DNA of 64,000 nucleotides. Origin: Anolis carolinensis. Taxonomy: Eukaryota. Positions 36,872 through 50,834 of this stretch are shown here, piece by piece. Every line of letters begins with the position of its first letter. Position 1 is the stretch's first letter. The stretch is from the NCBI RefSeq assembly GCF_035594765.1, contig NW_026943819.1:17596703-17660702 (forward strand), written 5' to 3'. Position numbers and translations under genes: made by a program. A model generated the notes under the pieces. That model made no database searches, was not told the origin of the DNA, and saw nothing but the letters and a program-made list of their open reading frames with translations.

Positions 36872-39800
36872 TCAGTTTGGAGAATCCATCCCCCCTTCGG
36901 ACGACGACCCTGTAGGGAGATACAAAGGTGCAACAAGATGACAACAACAACAACAACGCAAGAAAGCAGGAAAAGGAAAGAAAAAGGAGAGGGAGAACCC
37001 AACCCTCTCCCCCCCCCCCCCCTCCGAGGTCATTGTCCAGGTTTATGGGGAAACTGAGTGTGAAACCATTTTATCAACTTTGGGGCTTTAACATGCTCAG
37101 ATGCTACCCATTCGGGGTGTAGGGTCTGGAGGCATTCTCTCACAGACTGAAAGTGATTGTCATTGCCTCCACAACCGTTATAAATGAACAGTTTACATGT
37201 CCTACTCTCAGCATCATAATACAGTAAAGTCTCACTTATCCAACACTCGCGTATCCAACGTTCTGGATTATCCAACATATTTTTGTAGTCAATGTTTTCA
37301 AAACATCGTGATATTTTGGTGCTAAATGCGTAAATACAGTTATTACTACATAGCATTACTGCGTATTGAACTGCTTTTTCTGTCAAATTTGTTATATAAC
37401 ATGATATTTTGGTGCTTAATTTGTAAAATCATAACCTAATTTGATGTGTAGTAGGCTTTTCCTTAATCCCTCCTTATTATCGACCATATTCACTTATCCA
37501 ACGTTCTTTCGGCCAGTTTATGTTGGATAAGTGAGACTCTACTGTATATTACTATCTGGTACTATACTATACATTTAATATATAATATATAATTAATATT
37601 ATTATATTATACAATATTATTATATTGTATAATTATTATTAGCTGCCCTGAGTCCCCTATTGAGTGAGAAGGGTGGGGTAGAAATACTGTAATAAATAAA
37701 TAAATATTATATTGTATTACATTATAATATTATTATCAATATTATATGTATACACAAGATATCATATTATTACCATAGCACAATACTAGTAAATAAAAGA
37801 ACAATATAATATTTAAAAATAAAAACAATTTTAACCAACATATTGTAAACCTATCAGGATTTCATTGGGAAGCGTGAGCCTGCTCCTGCCCAAAGAGATA
37901 GTCAAGTTAATTAGGATTGTTGTTGTTGTGCCTTCAAGTCATTTCAGACTTTGGGTGAGCCTAAGTCTAAAACTGAAGGCAGGGGCCAGGTCAATGACCT
38001 TGGAGGGCCGCATTCGGCCCCCGGGCCTTAGTTTGGGGACCCCTGATCTAGGGCTTTAAAGGTCATAACAGTTAAAGCTACATAGCTAGCAACCTTATCT
38101 GATAGGCCAGCCAAAGCATCCCACTTCACCTGGCTTCTTGCAAGAAAAAAGCCAGCAGCGAGATGGATCTGTCACCCTGCGCTCGGTTTCCTCTCACAAT
38201 GCTTTTCCCACCACATGAGGAAAGTGTTGCCCTCAAAGGGAAACTTTCTGTGTTGGGATGAAAGTGTTTGGCGATGCTTTCATCCTGGTTGGGGGCATGG
38301 CTGACAGCAGATGTCACACAATGTGGTGGGATGTCCGACGTCAGCCTCCATCCCGCAGAAGGGATGAAAGCGTCCTAGGAGGATGATTTCACCCCAGTCT
38401 GATTTGTAAGCATGCGTAATATTATGCAATATAGGCCATGATGGAGATCTTTAGACATTAAAAACAAAACCTGTGGATTATTTATTTTTACCTTACCTCC
38501 ACACTTTGTAACACAGTCATCCTGTGTTAAAAAGTTATTTGCATTTCCTCCGCGGCCACTATAACGGAAACTCTCACATTGCCCACTTTTGCTGTCAAAG
38601 TAAAAACGACGGAAGGATCTTCTACAACGTCCAGTTTCCCTTGGAAGGCTGCATATGAACTTATCTAGAAAGTAGAGAAAGGAAAGCAAGAAATTTACAA
38701 ATTCAACTGTAGATTACAGCACTATAAAACTGCAGCCCAGGAGAAGAGGGAAGGGGAAGGAATATGGCAGCACCTTCAAGTCTAAATAATAATTTATTTC
38801 CATATGAATTTCCATGCACTCCTGACAAAAGCATTTCACCACCAAGATACAGAAAGTTGGAAAAGTATACCTGGATGAAAAAAAAAATCACGGACCAATT
38901 TGTACAATTTTACAAAGAACTTTACCAAAAAGAAGAAATATCCAAAATATCAATAACGCAACATCTCTGTAAACTGAAACTACCAAGACTAACATAAAAG
39001 CAAAGAGATATAATAAATGTCCCAATAACAATGTTTGAAATTGATAATGCCATTAGCAAGCTCAAAAACAATAAGGCACCAGGTCCCAATGGATACACCA
39101 CCAACTTTTACTAAACTTTCAAAAACGAATTAGGCCCCCTGCTAAAAGAAATCTTAAACAATATACTAGAAAACAAAGAGATCCCAAAGTCATGGGGAAA
39201 AGCCAATATAACTTTAATCCATAAAGAAGACATGGACCCAACAGAAATTAAAAATTATCGGCCAATTTCTTTATTAAACAAGGATTACAAAATCTTCACA
39301 ACAATAATGGCAGACAGATGAAAAAGTTTTTTAAGAATCTGGATTTCCGAAGAACAAGCAGGCTTCTTACCCAATAGGCAAATCAAAGATAACATCAGAA
39401 CTTTAATTAACACAATTGAGTATTACGAAAAACATAATGAAAAACAACTGGCCTTATTATTTATAGATGCCGAAAAGGCATTTGACAAAATTAATTGGGA
39501 CTATCTAAAATTGTTGTTGAAGGAATTGGATATAGGATACAAATTTAAAAATGCGATAGAAGCCATTTACTCCAACCAAGAAGCAACATTAGTAATAAAT
39601 GGACAAGAATGCAAAAAACCTATCCAAATCAACCGAGGAACGAGACAGGGATGTCCACTCTTGCCATTACTGTTCATTCTAATTATGGAAACTTTGGTAA
39701 GAAACATAAATGAAGACCAAACCTTGGAAGGATTGAAAATAAGGAACCATAAATTTAAACTGAGAGTATATGCAGACCATGTGGTCTGCATTGTTGAAAA

Positions 39801-42635
39801 CCCGTTAAGAAATATTAACGCTTGGCTGGAAAAAATTGAAAAATTTGGGAAAATAGTGGGCTTCAAATTAAACAAACAAAAAACCAAAATATTAACTAAA
39901 AATATGGATGGAAAGGCAAAGAAGCAGCTAAAGATCAAAACAGAGATTAAAATAGAGAATAAAATAAAATATCTGGGAGTGATATTGACCTCTAATAATG
40001 CTAAGCTGTTAAAAAATAATTATGAACAATTGTGGACAAAGATACAAAGAGATTTAGAAAAATGGAAATATCAAAATGTCTCCCTACTATCTATGGTATA
40101 ACAAAAGGAAAACCGAAAAAAAATTCGGAAGTCATTTTATTAGAGCCTTCCTAATTAGAATATGGGAAAAATACAAACAAAGGTTATATGACAAAACCCC
40201 ATTATGGATTTCACCTATAGAGGCGAGACACAAAAGAGAATTGGCCACAGAAAACTGGCTTACTTACCAACAACGACTTAAAAAAATGATAATCAAGAAC
40301 TAGTAATCAAATCACAAGAAGAAATGATGTAGGAATTTAAAAAACTAACATGGCTCCAACATTTCCAAATAAAACAATGCTATAAAGAAGATGCAAAATC
40401 AGGCTTTAAGAAAGAACAAGATCTATGGGAACTAATAATGAAGGAGAGAAAAAAATTATAAGAACAATATACCAACAACTACTCCAATGGAACACAAAGG
40501 ATGAACAGATCAAAGACTGTCAAATAAAATGGACACAGGATTTTGGACATAATCTATATATATAAATGAGTGATGGCATCACGGCAACCAACAAAACAAC
40601 AAAACTACAGGCCCCCCAACCTTGAAATTTGACAACACAACCCATCATCCACGCCTCTAGGTTGATACAACAAAAAGAAAAGAAAAGTAAAGTCCTAATT
40701 AGAGAGAGAGGAATAATTGCTTTTATCCAATTGCTGCCAGTTAGAAGGCTAAGCTCCTCCAACTTGGTCTCCTAGCAACCCAATAAAAATAATAAAAAAC
40801 ACTAAAAAAATAATTAAAAACACTAAAAAAATTAATACAATAAAATACTATAATAACAGAAAATAACTAAAAAATAATACAAGAAAATAATAAAATATAA
40901 TAAATAAAAAGATAACTTACAATAAAATTAATTTTAAAAATACAAATAACGTCAAATAAAAATTACACAACAATTTTTAACCAATACCACCACCACTTTG
41001 CCACAGCAATGCGTGGCCGGGCACAGCTAGTATTAGAATAAATCAGTGGGAAGAAATCTGGAACAAAAAACTATAATTCTCCACAGCAATTGACATACAT
41101 GAAAACTGGTACAAAATGCAATTTTGGTGGTACCACACAGCTGTTAAGATTACAAAATTTAACAAAAGAATGTTCAATAAATGCTGGAAATGTGAAAAGG
41201 AAATTGGTACTTTCTTCCATCAATGGTGGGCATGTAAAAAAGTTAAAAGGTTCTGGAAAGACATACACAATATGTCACAAAAATATTAAAATTCAATTTC
41301 ACCTTAACACCAGATATGTACCTGATTGGCTTAACAAACGTAAAACTAAATGAAAATCAAGACAAAATTTTTTTCCTTATGTGCAGGGCGGCAAGACTTG
41401 TCTTAGCTAAAGTGTGGAAACAGGAGAAAATACCATCCCCAGATGAATGGACTTTGAAAATGTTTGACTTAATACAGATGGACTGTTTGACACAGAAACT
41501 AAGAAATGCAACCAAAAAAAACCAGACTGGTCGGGCTTTAAAAAGTTTACTGTATATACTCGAGTATAAGCTGACCCGAATATAAGCCGAGGCACCTAAT
41601 TTTAACACAAAAAACTGGGAAAACGTATTGACTCGAGTATAAGCCGAGGGTGGGAAATACAGCAGCTACTGGTAAATTTCAAAATAAAAATAGATATCAA
41701 TAAAATTACATTAACTGAGGCATAAGTGGGGTAAATGTTTTTTTAATATTTACCATATTTCAAAGAAAAACAGTAAGCTAACTCTGTAAGTGCATAAGTA
41801 GGGTCAACAAAAACAATATGGTCTCAACAATAACTTTATAATAATCATCATCATGATCATCTTCATCAACAATAACAACAACAACTTCCTTTGTATCCTG
41901 CTCTATTTATCTCCCCATGGGGACTCAGGCCGGCTTCCAACATAGTAACAGGCAAACATTCAATGCCTATATAATGAATGCAGAGCTAGATATAGCTCTA
42001 TAATTATATATACCAATTTCACATTTGCATTTCCCCCCTGAAAATTTTGCAAATCCTCTCTATGTGCATTTCCCTCCTGCAATATTTAAAAGGCCTATAT
42101 CTATATTAATATCTATCTATCTAGACATTGCTCTATATATAGCGAATTACTAGCTGTGCCCGGCCACTCATTGCTGTGGCGTTGTCTGGTGGTGTTGGTG
42201 AGAACTTGTTGAGGTAGTGGTGGTATTGAATGTCTGTTGTATGGTTGTCTTTATGTTTAGTATACATTTGGTTGTTTGTGTACTGTGAAAGTGGTGAGGG
42301 TAGAGGGGGGTCTATGTCCCTGTGTAGTAGTGTATAGTTTTTATACGTTGTCCATGTGCTGTGAATGCTTGGATTGTGTCCTGCTGTATAGTAGAAAGGG
42401 TTGGGCTGGATGGCCCTTAGGGGTCTCTCCAAACTCTTGGATTCTATGCTTCTGTTATTATTATTATTGTTATTATTATTATTATTATTATCATCATCAT
42501 CTTCATCAACATCATTATTATATAGAGGCTGGATGGCCATCCTTCAGGAGTGGTTGGATTGTGTCCTCCTGCATGGTAGAAGGAAGTTTATCTGGATGAT
42601 CCTTAGGGGTGTCTCCTAACCTTATGATTGTATGA

Positions 42636-42690
<55 letters not shown>

Positions 42691-45600
42691 GAGAGGCTGG
42701 GTGGCCATCTGTTGGGCGTGCTTGGATTGTGTCCTCCATAGCAGAATTGGGTTGGACTGGATTACCACAGTAATTATTTCATATTACAGTAGAATCTCAC
42801 TTATCCAACATTCGCTTATCCAGTGTTCTGGATTATCCAACGCAGTTTGCCTTTTAGTAGTCAATGTTTTAAATTCATTGTGATATTTTGGTGCTAAATT
42901 TGTAAATACAGTTATTACAACATAGCATTACTGCGCATGGAACTACTTTTTCTGTCCAATTTGTTGTATAACATGATGTTTGGTGCTTAATTTATATAAT
43001 CATTACGTAATTTGATGTTTAATAGACTTTTTCTTTATCCCTTCTTATTATCCAACATATTCACTTATCCAACGTTCTGCTGGCCTGTTTATGTTGGATA
43101 AGTGAGACTCTACTGTATATTTATAATTTTATATTATCTGTTTAGAACTGGATTATATGAGGCCCCTTCTACACAGCTGTATAAAATGCCCACTGAAGTG
43201 GATTATATGGCAGTGTGGATTCAAGATACTCCGGTTCAAAGCAGATAATATAAGATTATAAATGGGTAATATAGCTGTGTGGAAGGGCCTTGAGTCTACA
43301 CTGCCATATAATCCAGTTAAAATCAGATAATCTGTGGAAAAGGCCTAAGTGAGGCCTAACAGTGCCTGTCCCCTGGGCTGAGTAGGTTGCTAGGAGACCA
43401 AGTGGGCGGAGCCTAGCCCTCTAACTGGCAGCAATTGGATAAAAACAATTATTCCTGTCCCTCTAATTAGGACTTTATTTTTCTTTTGTTTTTGTTGTAT
43501 CAACCTAGAGCCGTGGATAATGGGTTGTGTTATCAAATTTCGAGGTTGGGGGGCTTGTAGTTTTGTTGTTTTGTCCGGTGCCCTGATTCCATCACTCTTT
43601 TATATAGATAGATATCTTTATAGGACTTGCAGAGAATTGCAAACATATGAGGGGAAAATTCATATATTAAATTAATGTATTTGTAGGGGGAAACCTATAT
43701 ATTATTTACAAGCTTTGGGGCATGCATTTGCCCAAGGAAGAAATGCAAGCAAAGCCCTCCTAAAAACAACTTTGGCCTCTTTTCTCCTCCCCTTTCCCAC
43801 CTCTTTTATTTATCCCTTTTCAAACTCTAAAAGTAGCTAGAAAAGGCTTTTTAAAACTTCCCTTCCTCTCCCAAAAACCCACCCCATTTTTGTTTCCTTG
43901 GGAATAAAAAGAAATACACACCTTCTGTTGCTCTTCTTTCCCTCCTTCCCTCCCTATTGACTCAAGTGTTCTTGCAATAATACTAATAATAATAATAATA
44001 AATCCTGCAAATTTGCAAGTCTTTTTTTCTTCCCCTTACACCCATGTAATATTTTTCTTCTTCCTGGCTTGCAAGAGGCTCTTACTCACTCTTCTTTCGC
44101 TTTTAAAAACATTCCCTCTTTGTCCCTCTCTCTCTTAAAAAATAAGATAACTCCAGCCTGGGAGGAGAAGCGGAGAAGGGAGATTTTGGAAAAGAAAACA
44201 TACTGTGGCCTCCAGGCTCCGCTGCCTGGCTTGACCTTGACCCGGAGATAAAAAACTCGGCTTATCTTCAAGTATATACGGTATTCAAAGTAGAGGAACA
44301 CCACTCATTATAAACTTAGCTGACGTATAAATGGTAATAATGGAACAAAAAACTGGAACAAACAGTTGAAAAATGCAAAGAAAGACAATTACCCCCAAAA
44401 AGGACAATGGGAAGTCATAGTTTTAACTCATGGGACGTATGTGGATTCCTTTTTTTATCTTCCTTTTTTTCTATTTTTTAACTTTTTTCTTTTTTACTTT
44501 CGCTCCCTTCTTATCTTCTTTTTTCCCCTACTTTTCTATACTTCCACAACCAATATTTTCCCCCATTTTTGCTGTAATTATCAAAATACAGTAGAGTCTC
44601 ACTTATCCAACATAAACGGGCCGGCAGAATGTTGGATAAGCGAATATGTTGGATAATAAGGAGGCATTAAGGAAAAGCCTATTAAACATCAAATTAGGTT
44701 ATGATTTTACAAATTAAGCACCCAAACATCATGTTAGACAACAAATTTGGCAGAAAAAGTAGTTCAATACGCAGTAATGCTATGTAGTAATTACTGTATT
44801 TACGAATTTAGCACCAAAATATCACGATATATTGAAAACATTGACTACAAAAATGCATTGGATAATCCAGAACGTTGGATAAGTGAGTGTTGGATAAGTG
44901 AGACTCTACTGTAGTCACAATAAAAACTATTACTAAAAAAAGGTCATAACCTTTAAAGCTACATAGCTAGCAACCTTATCGTCCTAGGATGCTGATTTCA
45001 CCCCTGTCTGATTTGAAAGTATGCATAATAGTTTGCAATATAGGCCATGATGGAGACCTTAAGCCATTAACAACAAAACCTGTGGATGATTTATTTTTAC
45101 CTTACCTTCACACTTTGAAAAGCATTCATCCCATGTTAAAAAATTATTTGCATTTCCTTCGCAGCCACCATAAGTGAAACTCTCACATTGCCCAGTTTCG
45201 CTGTTAAAGTAAAAACGGTGGAAGGCTGCTCTACATAGTCCAGTTTTCTTTGGAAGGCTGCATATGGTCTCCTCTAGAAAGGAGAGAAAGGAAAGCAACA
45301 ATTTTACAAATTCAACTGTAGATCATAGCACTATAAAACTGCAGCCCAGGAGAAGAGGGAGGGGAAGGAATATGGCAGCACCTTCAAATCAAAATACCGT
45401 ATATACTCGAGTATGAGCCGACCCGAATATAAGCCGAGGCACCTAATTTTACCACAAAAAAACTAGGAAAATTTATTGACTCAAGTATAAACGAAGGGTG
45501 GGAAATGCAGCAGCTACTGGTAAATTTCAAACTAAAAATAGATACCAATAAAATTACATTAATTGAGGCATAAGTGGGATAAATGTTTTTTGAATATTTG

Positions 45601-47643
45601 CCGTATTTCAAAGAAAAACAGTAAGCTAATTCTGTAAGTGCATAAGTAGGTTCAACAAAAATAATATGGTATCAACAATAACTTTATAATATTTATTATT
45701 TATTATTTACAGCATTTATATTCCGCCCTTCTCACCCCGAAGGGGACTCAGGGCGGATCACATTACACATATAGGCAAACATTCAATGCCTTTTAACATA
45801 GAACAAAGACAGACAAACATAGGCTCTGAGTGGGCCTCGAACTCATGACCTCCTGGTCAGAGTGATTCATTGCAGTGATTCATTGCAGCTGCTCTCCAGC
45901 CTGCGCCACAGCCCGAGCCCTTGTTTGCAATTAATAATATTAATCATTATCATCATCAATAACAACAACAACTTCCTTTGTATCCTGCTCTATTTATCTC
46001 CCCATGGGGACTCAGGCCGGCTTCCAACATAGTAACAGGCAAACATTCAGTGCCTATATAAACAATGCAGGGCTAGATATAGCTCTATAATTATATATAC
46101 TAATTTCACATTTGCATTTCCCCCCTGAAAAGTTTGCAAATCCTCTCTATGTGCATTTCCCTCCTGCAATATTTGCAAGTCCCATTTATCTATGTTTACA
46201 TCTATCTAGACATCTGTGTGTGTGTGTGTGTGTGCATATTTAAATGGCCTATATCTACATTAATATCTATCTATCTAGACATTGCTCTCTATATAGAGAA
46301 TTATATCTTTATAGGACTTGCAGAGATTTGCAAACATATGAGGGGAAAATTCATATATTAAATTAATGTATTTGTAGGGGGAAACCTATATATTATTTAC
46401 AAGCTTTGGGGCATGCATTTGCCCAAGGAAGAAATGCAAGCAAAGCCCTCCTAAAAACAACTTTGGCCTCTTTTCTCCTCCCCTTTCCCACCTCTTTTAT
46501 TTATCCCTTTTCAAACTCTAAAAGTAGCCAGAAAAGGCTTTTTAAAACTTCCCTTCCTCTCTCAAAAACCCACCCCATTTTTGTTTCCGTAGGAATAATA
46601 AGAAATGCACACCTTCTGTTGCTCTTCTTTCCCTCCTTCCCTCCCTATTGACACAAACGTTCTTGCAATAATAGTAATAATAATAATAAATCCTGCAAAT
46701 TTGCAAGAGTCTTTCTCCCCCCCCCCCCCCCCGCCTTTACACCCATGCAATATTTTTCTTCTTCCTGGCTTGCAAGAGGCTCTCACTCACTCTCCTTTCG
46801 CTTTTAAAAACATTCCCTCCTTGTCCCTCTCTCTCTTAAAAAATAAGATAACTCCAGCCTGGAAGGAGAAGCGGAGAAGGGAGATTTTGGAAAAGAAAAC
46901 ATACTGTGGCCTCCAGGCTCCGCTGCCTGGCTTGACCTTGACCCGATTATAAGCCGGGGGAGGCTATCTTCGAGTATATACGGTAATAATTCATTTCCAT
47001 TCACTCCTGACAACAGCTTTCTTCAAAGACTAAAAGATTATGGGATACCCTAATGGGACCAGAACTCATTTGCTTTTGAAGACTGCCAGGGAATACCAAG
47101 TGCAGCAACCTATATTCAGGAAGAAGGTGATGCCAACCCCCCTCCGAGTATTTCTTGCCACAGAAAATCCTATGAAATTCATAGGCTTGGTATACATTGG
47201 AAGGTAAATGGAAGGAATATACATTTTAATATTATGTTATGACTTCAGTCAACGTGTGTACCACAGTGTACAATTAATGCAGTTTGACACTAATGAAACT
47301 GCCATGGCTCAAGGTGATGGAATTTGGAGAGTTTTAGATCGACAAGGTCTCACCAAACTACAAATCCCAGGACTTCTTAGTACTGAGCCATGATAGTCAA
47401 AGTGGTGTCTTGCTGAATGAAAACTGTTTTTGCCGTCAACCTAGCAGAATATTCAGTATTCCCCTTTCTGTTCCATTCTCACTTATTTTGCAAGGGGAGG
47501 GGGGGCGCACAAATGGCAAACAAGCATTCAAACTTAGCAAAGATTGTGCTCTTACCTTCATCATAGGCATCCAGTGGTCCAAACCAGGAGACCAGAAATC
47601 CCATAAGAAGGAGGACGAGGAGGAGAATATGATCATACATCAT
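36872..47643 (-). CDS. Kunitz gene C3, predicted bi-Kunitz protein of about 153 aa. Exons 47643-47556, 45273-45106, 38664-38497, 36909-36872
   Basis: Signal peptide [29 protein letters not shown]; exon GLCRAAFHR (6 Cys); exon [15 protein letters not shown] (5 Cys); candidate terminal exon ctccctacAG then [12 protein letters not shown], with AATAAA at 36631-36636. Confidence 0.65.
37108..37221 (-). pseudogene. B-type Kunitz exon remnant
   Basis: [33 protein letters not shown]; 5' half lost at the MITE starting 37222; Cys55 region disrupted. Confidence 0.8.
37560..38045. mobile_element. Truncated hAT MITE
   Basis: One TIR (AGTTTGGGGACCCCTG) and internal sequence matching 62644-63346. Confidence 0.6.
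38830..44940 (+). mobile_element. Decayed L1/Tx1-clade LINE ORF2 with nested Helitron (40553-41030), Tc1-like element (41550-44281) and MITE (44589-44911)
   Basis: [36 protein letters not shown]-terminal CWKC..H..C; stops and frameshifts; AATAAA plus A tail at about 44918-44941. Confidence 0.85.
41550..44281. mobile_element. Tc1/mariner non-autonomous element with nested Helitron at 42150-43612
   Basis: C(C/T)GTATATACT TIRs with TA TSD; the sister copy at 45397-46983 shows the Helitron empty site GAATTA|TATCTT. Confidence 0.8.
45397..46983. mobile_element. Tc1/mariner non-autonomous element in C3 intron 1, with nested SINE at 45692-45915
   Basis: TIRs, TA TSD, colinear with 41550-44281. Confidence 0.8.
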
Positions 47644-47974
47644 TTTGATATGAATGCTCGATGTTGAATAAAGCTACTTTTTAAAGGCTTCCATAGGGAA
47701 CTGTAGGTAGAACAATTAGTCAACAAGTAAGGACATTGTGGAGTTGGTCTGCTTACTTCAGAGTAACTCCCTGTTCTGCAATAAGTACTATTACGTTCCA
47801 CTGGAGCTGAATTGGAGCCATAAAGCCAATGAGCATCATCTGGACCCGGCCAGGAAGAGATTGATCCCTATGATACGGCATTGATACAAGCATTATATTT
47901 TGTCATGCATATAGGCGTAATCAGGCCTGTAGCTGGAGGGAGTTGGTGGTTCAAAACACCCCCAAAATTTTTCA

Positions 47975-48512
47975 GATAGTTGTTGGAGTGTTCAAGCATT
48001 TCTGTGTTCTCACTTGACCACTCCAACAACTATCATGTCAGACTACACAGAGAAGCCATTGAAATCCACAAGCATGTGGACAACTTCAACAGAAAGGAGG
48101 ACACCATGAAAATGAACAAAATCTGGCTACCAGTATTAAAAAAACTCAAAAATCAGAACAGTAGATGGGAAGCAACACTCTGAGGGCAGAGGAGCTCCAA
48201 AGACGGCTAATGACTCTGAACAAAGGATGCCCTCCAGGCAAGAGACGAACCTTTCCAATGCTAATTAGGGTGTTTAACTGCAACATTCACGCTGGTTTCC
48301 AACTGACAAAGAACTCATCTCACACTCTGGACGTTCCACAGATATATATTAACCTTCCTTGCTTAGTTTGCTCCATGCCTCACAACCTCTGAGGATGCCT
48401 GCCATAGATGTAGGTGAAACGTCAGGAGAGAATACTTCTGGAACATGGCCATACAGCCCGGAATACATACAACAACCCTGTGATCCCGGCCATAAAAGCC
48501 TTCGACAACACA
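47975..48512 (+). mobile_element. Penelope-like element 3' part (GIY-YIG C-terminus plus pseudo-LTR)
   Basis: ORF 47980-48183 ..RLHREAIEIHKH..NFNRKE; short inverted 5' piece. Confidence 0.8.
48386..48426 (+). ncRNA. Minimal type I hammerhead ribozyme motif in the Penelope pseudo-LTR
   Basis: CCU, CUGAGGA, U, stem II GCCUGC/GUAGGU, GAAA, C, GUC cleavage triplet, AGG; palindromic ACGU in place of stem III. Confidence 0.65.
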
Positions 48513-49346
48513 TTAAACAGGACTGAGATTTACACTCACAATAAAGTGCAAGAATCTCTCTCTGCAGATATGGATTGGGTGTATAGGTCTCCTGCCCTGC
48601 TCTTCATGTTGTGCTGCTCAGTACAGCAGGAATCCATCTGCCATATGCCCAGCAGTTCTTTTCAGGGCTCTCGGCTAACCGCGAGACAAAGGTCCAGGAT
48701 GAAACTGAGATTATAATCCCATCAACAAATATACATCTTTGATGTTCTTCCTTTGTCTTGTGTCATGAGGAGATGTCTGGGGAAAGGGCATGCATTTTCA
48801 AATTGAACAATGGTGGCAACATATGTGTATTAAAATGTCTGCTTCTGATCATGCTTTCACACTTGTACTCTTCAAGCATCCATGCTGCAGAGGTGTCCCT
48901 TTTGCAGAAATTGAAGAAAGTCTGTCGTTTGCCTTCAACCTGGTGAGATACTCTGTTCTTGATTCCTGATTTGTTATCCGTGGTTAGCGAAATTTGCCAG
49001 ACGTCACTCGGCATACACGGGTCTTAGAAAAACTACATTTTCGGCATCTATGTGTACAAACTAAATATGTGTTTATCAGTGGATGTTGTGTAACTATATA
49101 TTTGACTGTGTGTGTGTGTGTAGACATGTGTGCGTCCAAGATGGCTAGTGATCTGACTAAGGATAAAAAATGGCTGATTATATGGAAACAGTGAGATTTT
49201 GCTAGAAGGTTGTCTGGCAGAGAGGAATGAATGGATTGAAACGGAATTAAAACAAACAGGAAAGAAAAGAATGGGACACATTGATTTGTGAAAGATCTTT
49301 TTAATTGAGAGGAGCAAACTAATCAGTTTTACTTCTGATGAAATCA

Positions 49347-50333
49347 TTGAATCATAGAATCATAGAATCGTAGAGTTGGAAGAGACCTCATGGGCCATCC
49401 AGTCCAACCCCCTGCCAAGAAGCAGGAAATCGCATTCAAAGCACCCCCGACAGATGGCCATCCAGCCTCTGCTTAAAAGCCTCCAAGGAAGGAGCCTCCA
49501 CCACAGTCCAGGGCAGAGAGTTCCACTGCCGAACAGCCCTCACAGTGAGGAAGTTCTTCCTGATGTTCAGGTGGAATCTCCTTTCCTGTAGTTTGAAGCC
49601 ATTGTTCCGTGTCCTAGTCTGCAGGGCAGCAGAAAACAAGCTTGCTCCCTCCTCCCTATGACTTCCCCTCACATATTTGTACATGGCTATCATGTCTCCT
49701 CTCAGCCTTCTCTTCTGCAGGCTAAACATGCCTAGTTCTTTAAGCCGCTCCTCATAGGGCTTGTTCTCCAGACCCTTAATCATTTTAGTCGCCCTCCTCT
49801 GGACGCTTTCCAGCTTGTCAACATCTCCCTTCAATTGCGGTGCACAGAATTGGACACAGTGTGATTCCAGGTGTGGTCTGACCAAGGCAGAATAGAGGGG
49901 GAGCAGGACTTCCCTGGATCTAGATGCTATTCCCCTATTGATGCAGGCCAGAATCCCGTTGGCTTTTTTAGCAGTCGCATCACATTGTTGGCTCATATTT
50001 AACTTGTTGTCCACGAGGACTCCAAGATCTTTTTCACATGTGTCGAGCCAGGCGTATCTTTGCATTACATTTAATCTGCCTAAGTGGAGTATCTTGCATT
50101 TGTCCCTGTTGAACTTCATTTTGTTAGTTTCAGCCCATCTCTCTAGTCTGTCAAGATCGTTTTGCATCCTGCTCCTGTCTTCTGGAGTGTTGGCTATCCT
50201 TCCCAGTTTGGTGTCATCTGCAAACTTGATGATCGTGCCTTCTAGCCCTTCATCCAAGTCGTTAATAAAGATGTTGAACAGAACCGGGCCCAGGACGGAG
50301 CCCTGTGGCACTCCACTCATGACTTCTTTCCAA
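49347..50333 (-). mobile_element. CR1 LINE, 5'-truncated
   Basis: ORF 49436-50320 with [10 protein letters not shown] and FADD; CATAGAAT tail; empty site at about 13560. Confidence 0.93.
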
Positions 50334-50834
50334 ATGCGTATTTTGGTTTGTTACATGCAATTCAGGATTTGAGACCTAAGAAACAGTTGGCTGGGGAAGA
50401 AAGATGCTATATAGGAGTCTTTCCTAAAAGCCATTTCCTTTCTGTGATGGTACCTTGCTGCAGGGGAAAATACAAATATGGACTATCAATATAAATAAAA
50501 ATGTAATGCCCGTTTGTGGGGCTCTCATATCTCCCAAACTACTTCAACGATTGCTATGAAATTTGGATACAATGTACCTTCGAATTGATGAGTGTTTTAA
50601 GGTATTCACATACCAACTATCACAAACATGTCACACCTGAGACAGGTAAAACTATGCCCCTTAGCAACAGCACTAGCAACGGCCAAACAATCTCCTCTCT
50701 TTAGCATCTGACATGGACAGGGCCGCAAGGGACAGCTAGGCCTGCCTCCTCGCTATTCAATTTGGCATGGCGAGTTACGCAAAGCCGGGGCTCAGTGGCC
50801 TAGCCACTGAAAGAAGGGATAATGACCATTGTTC

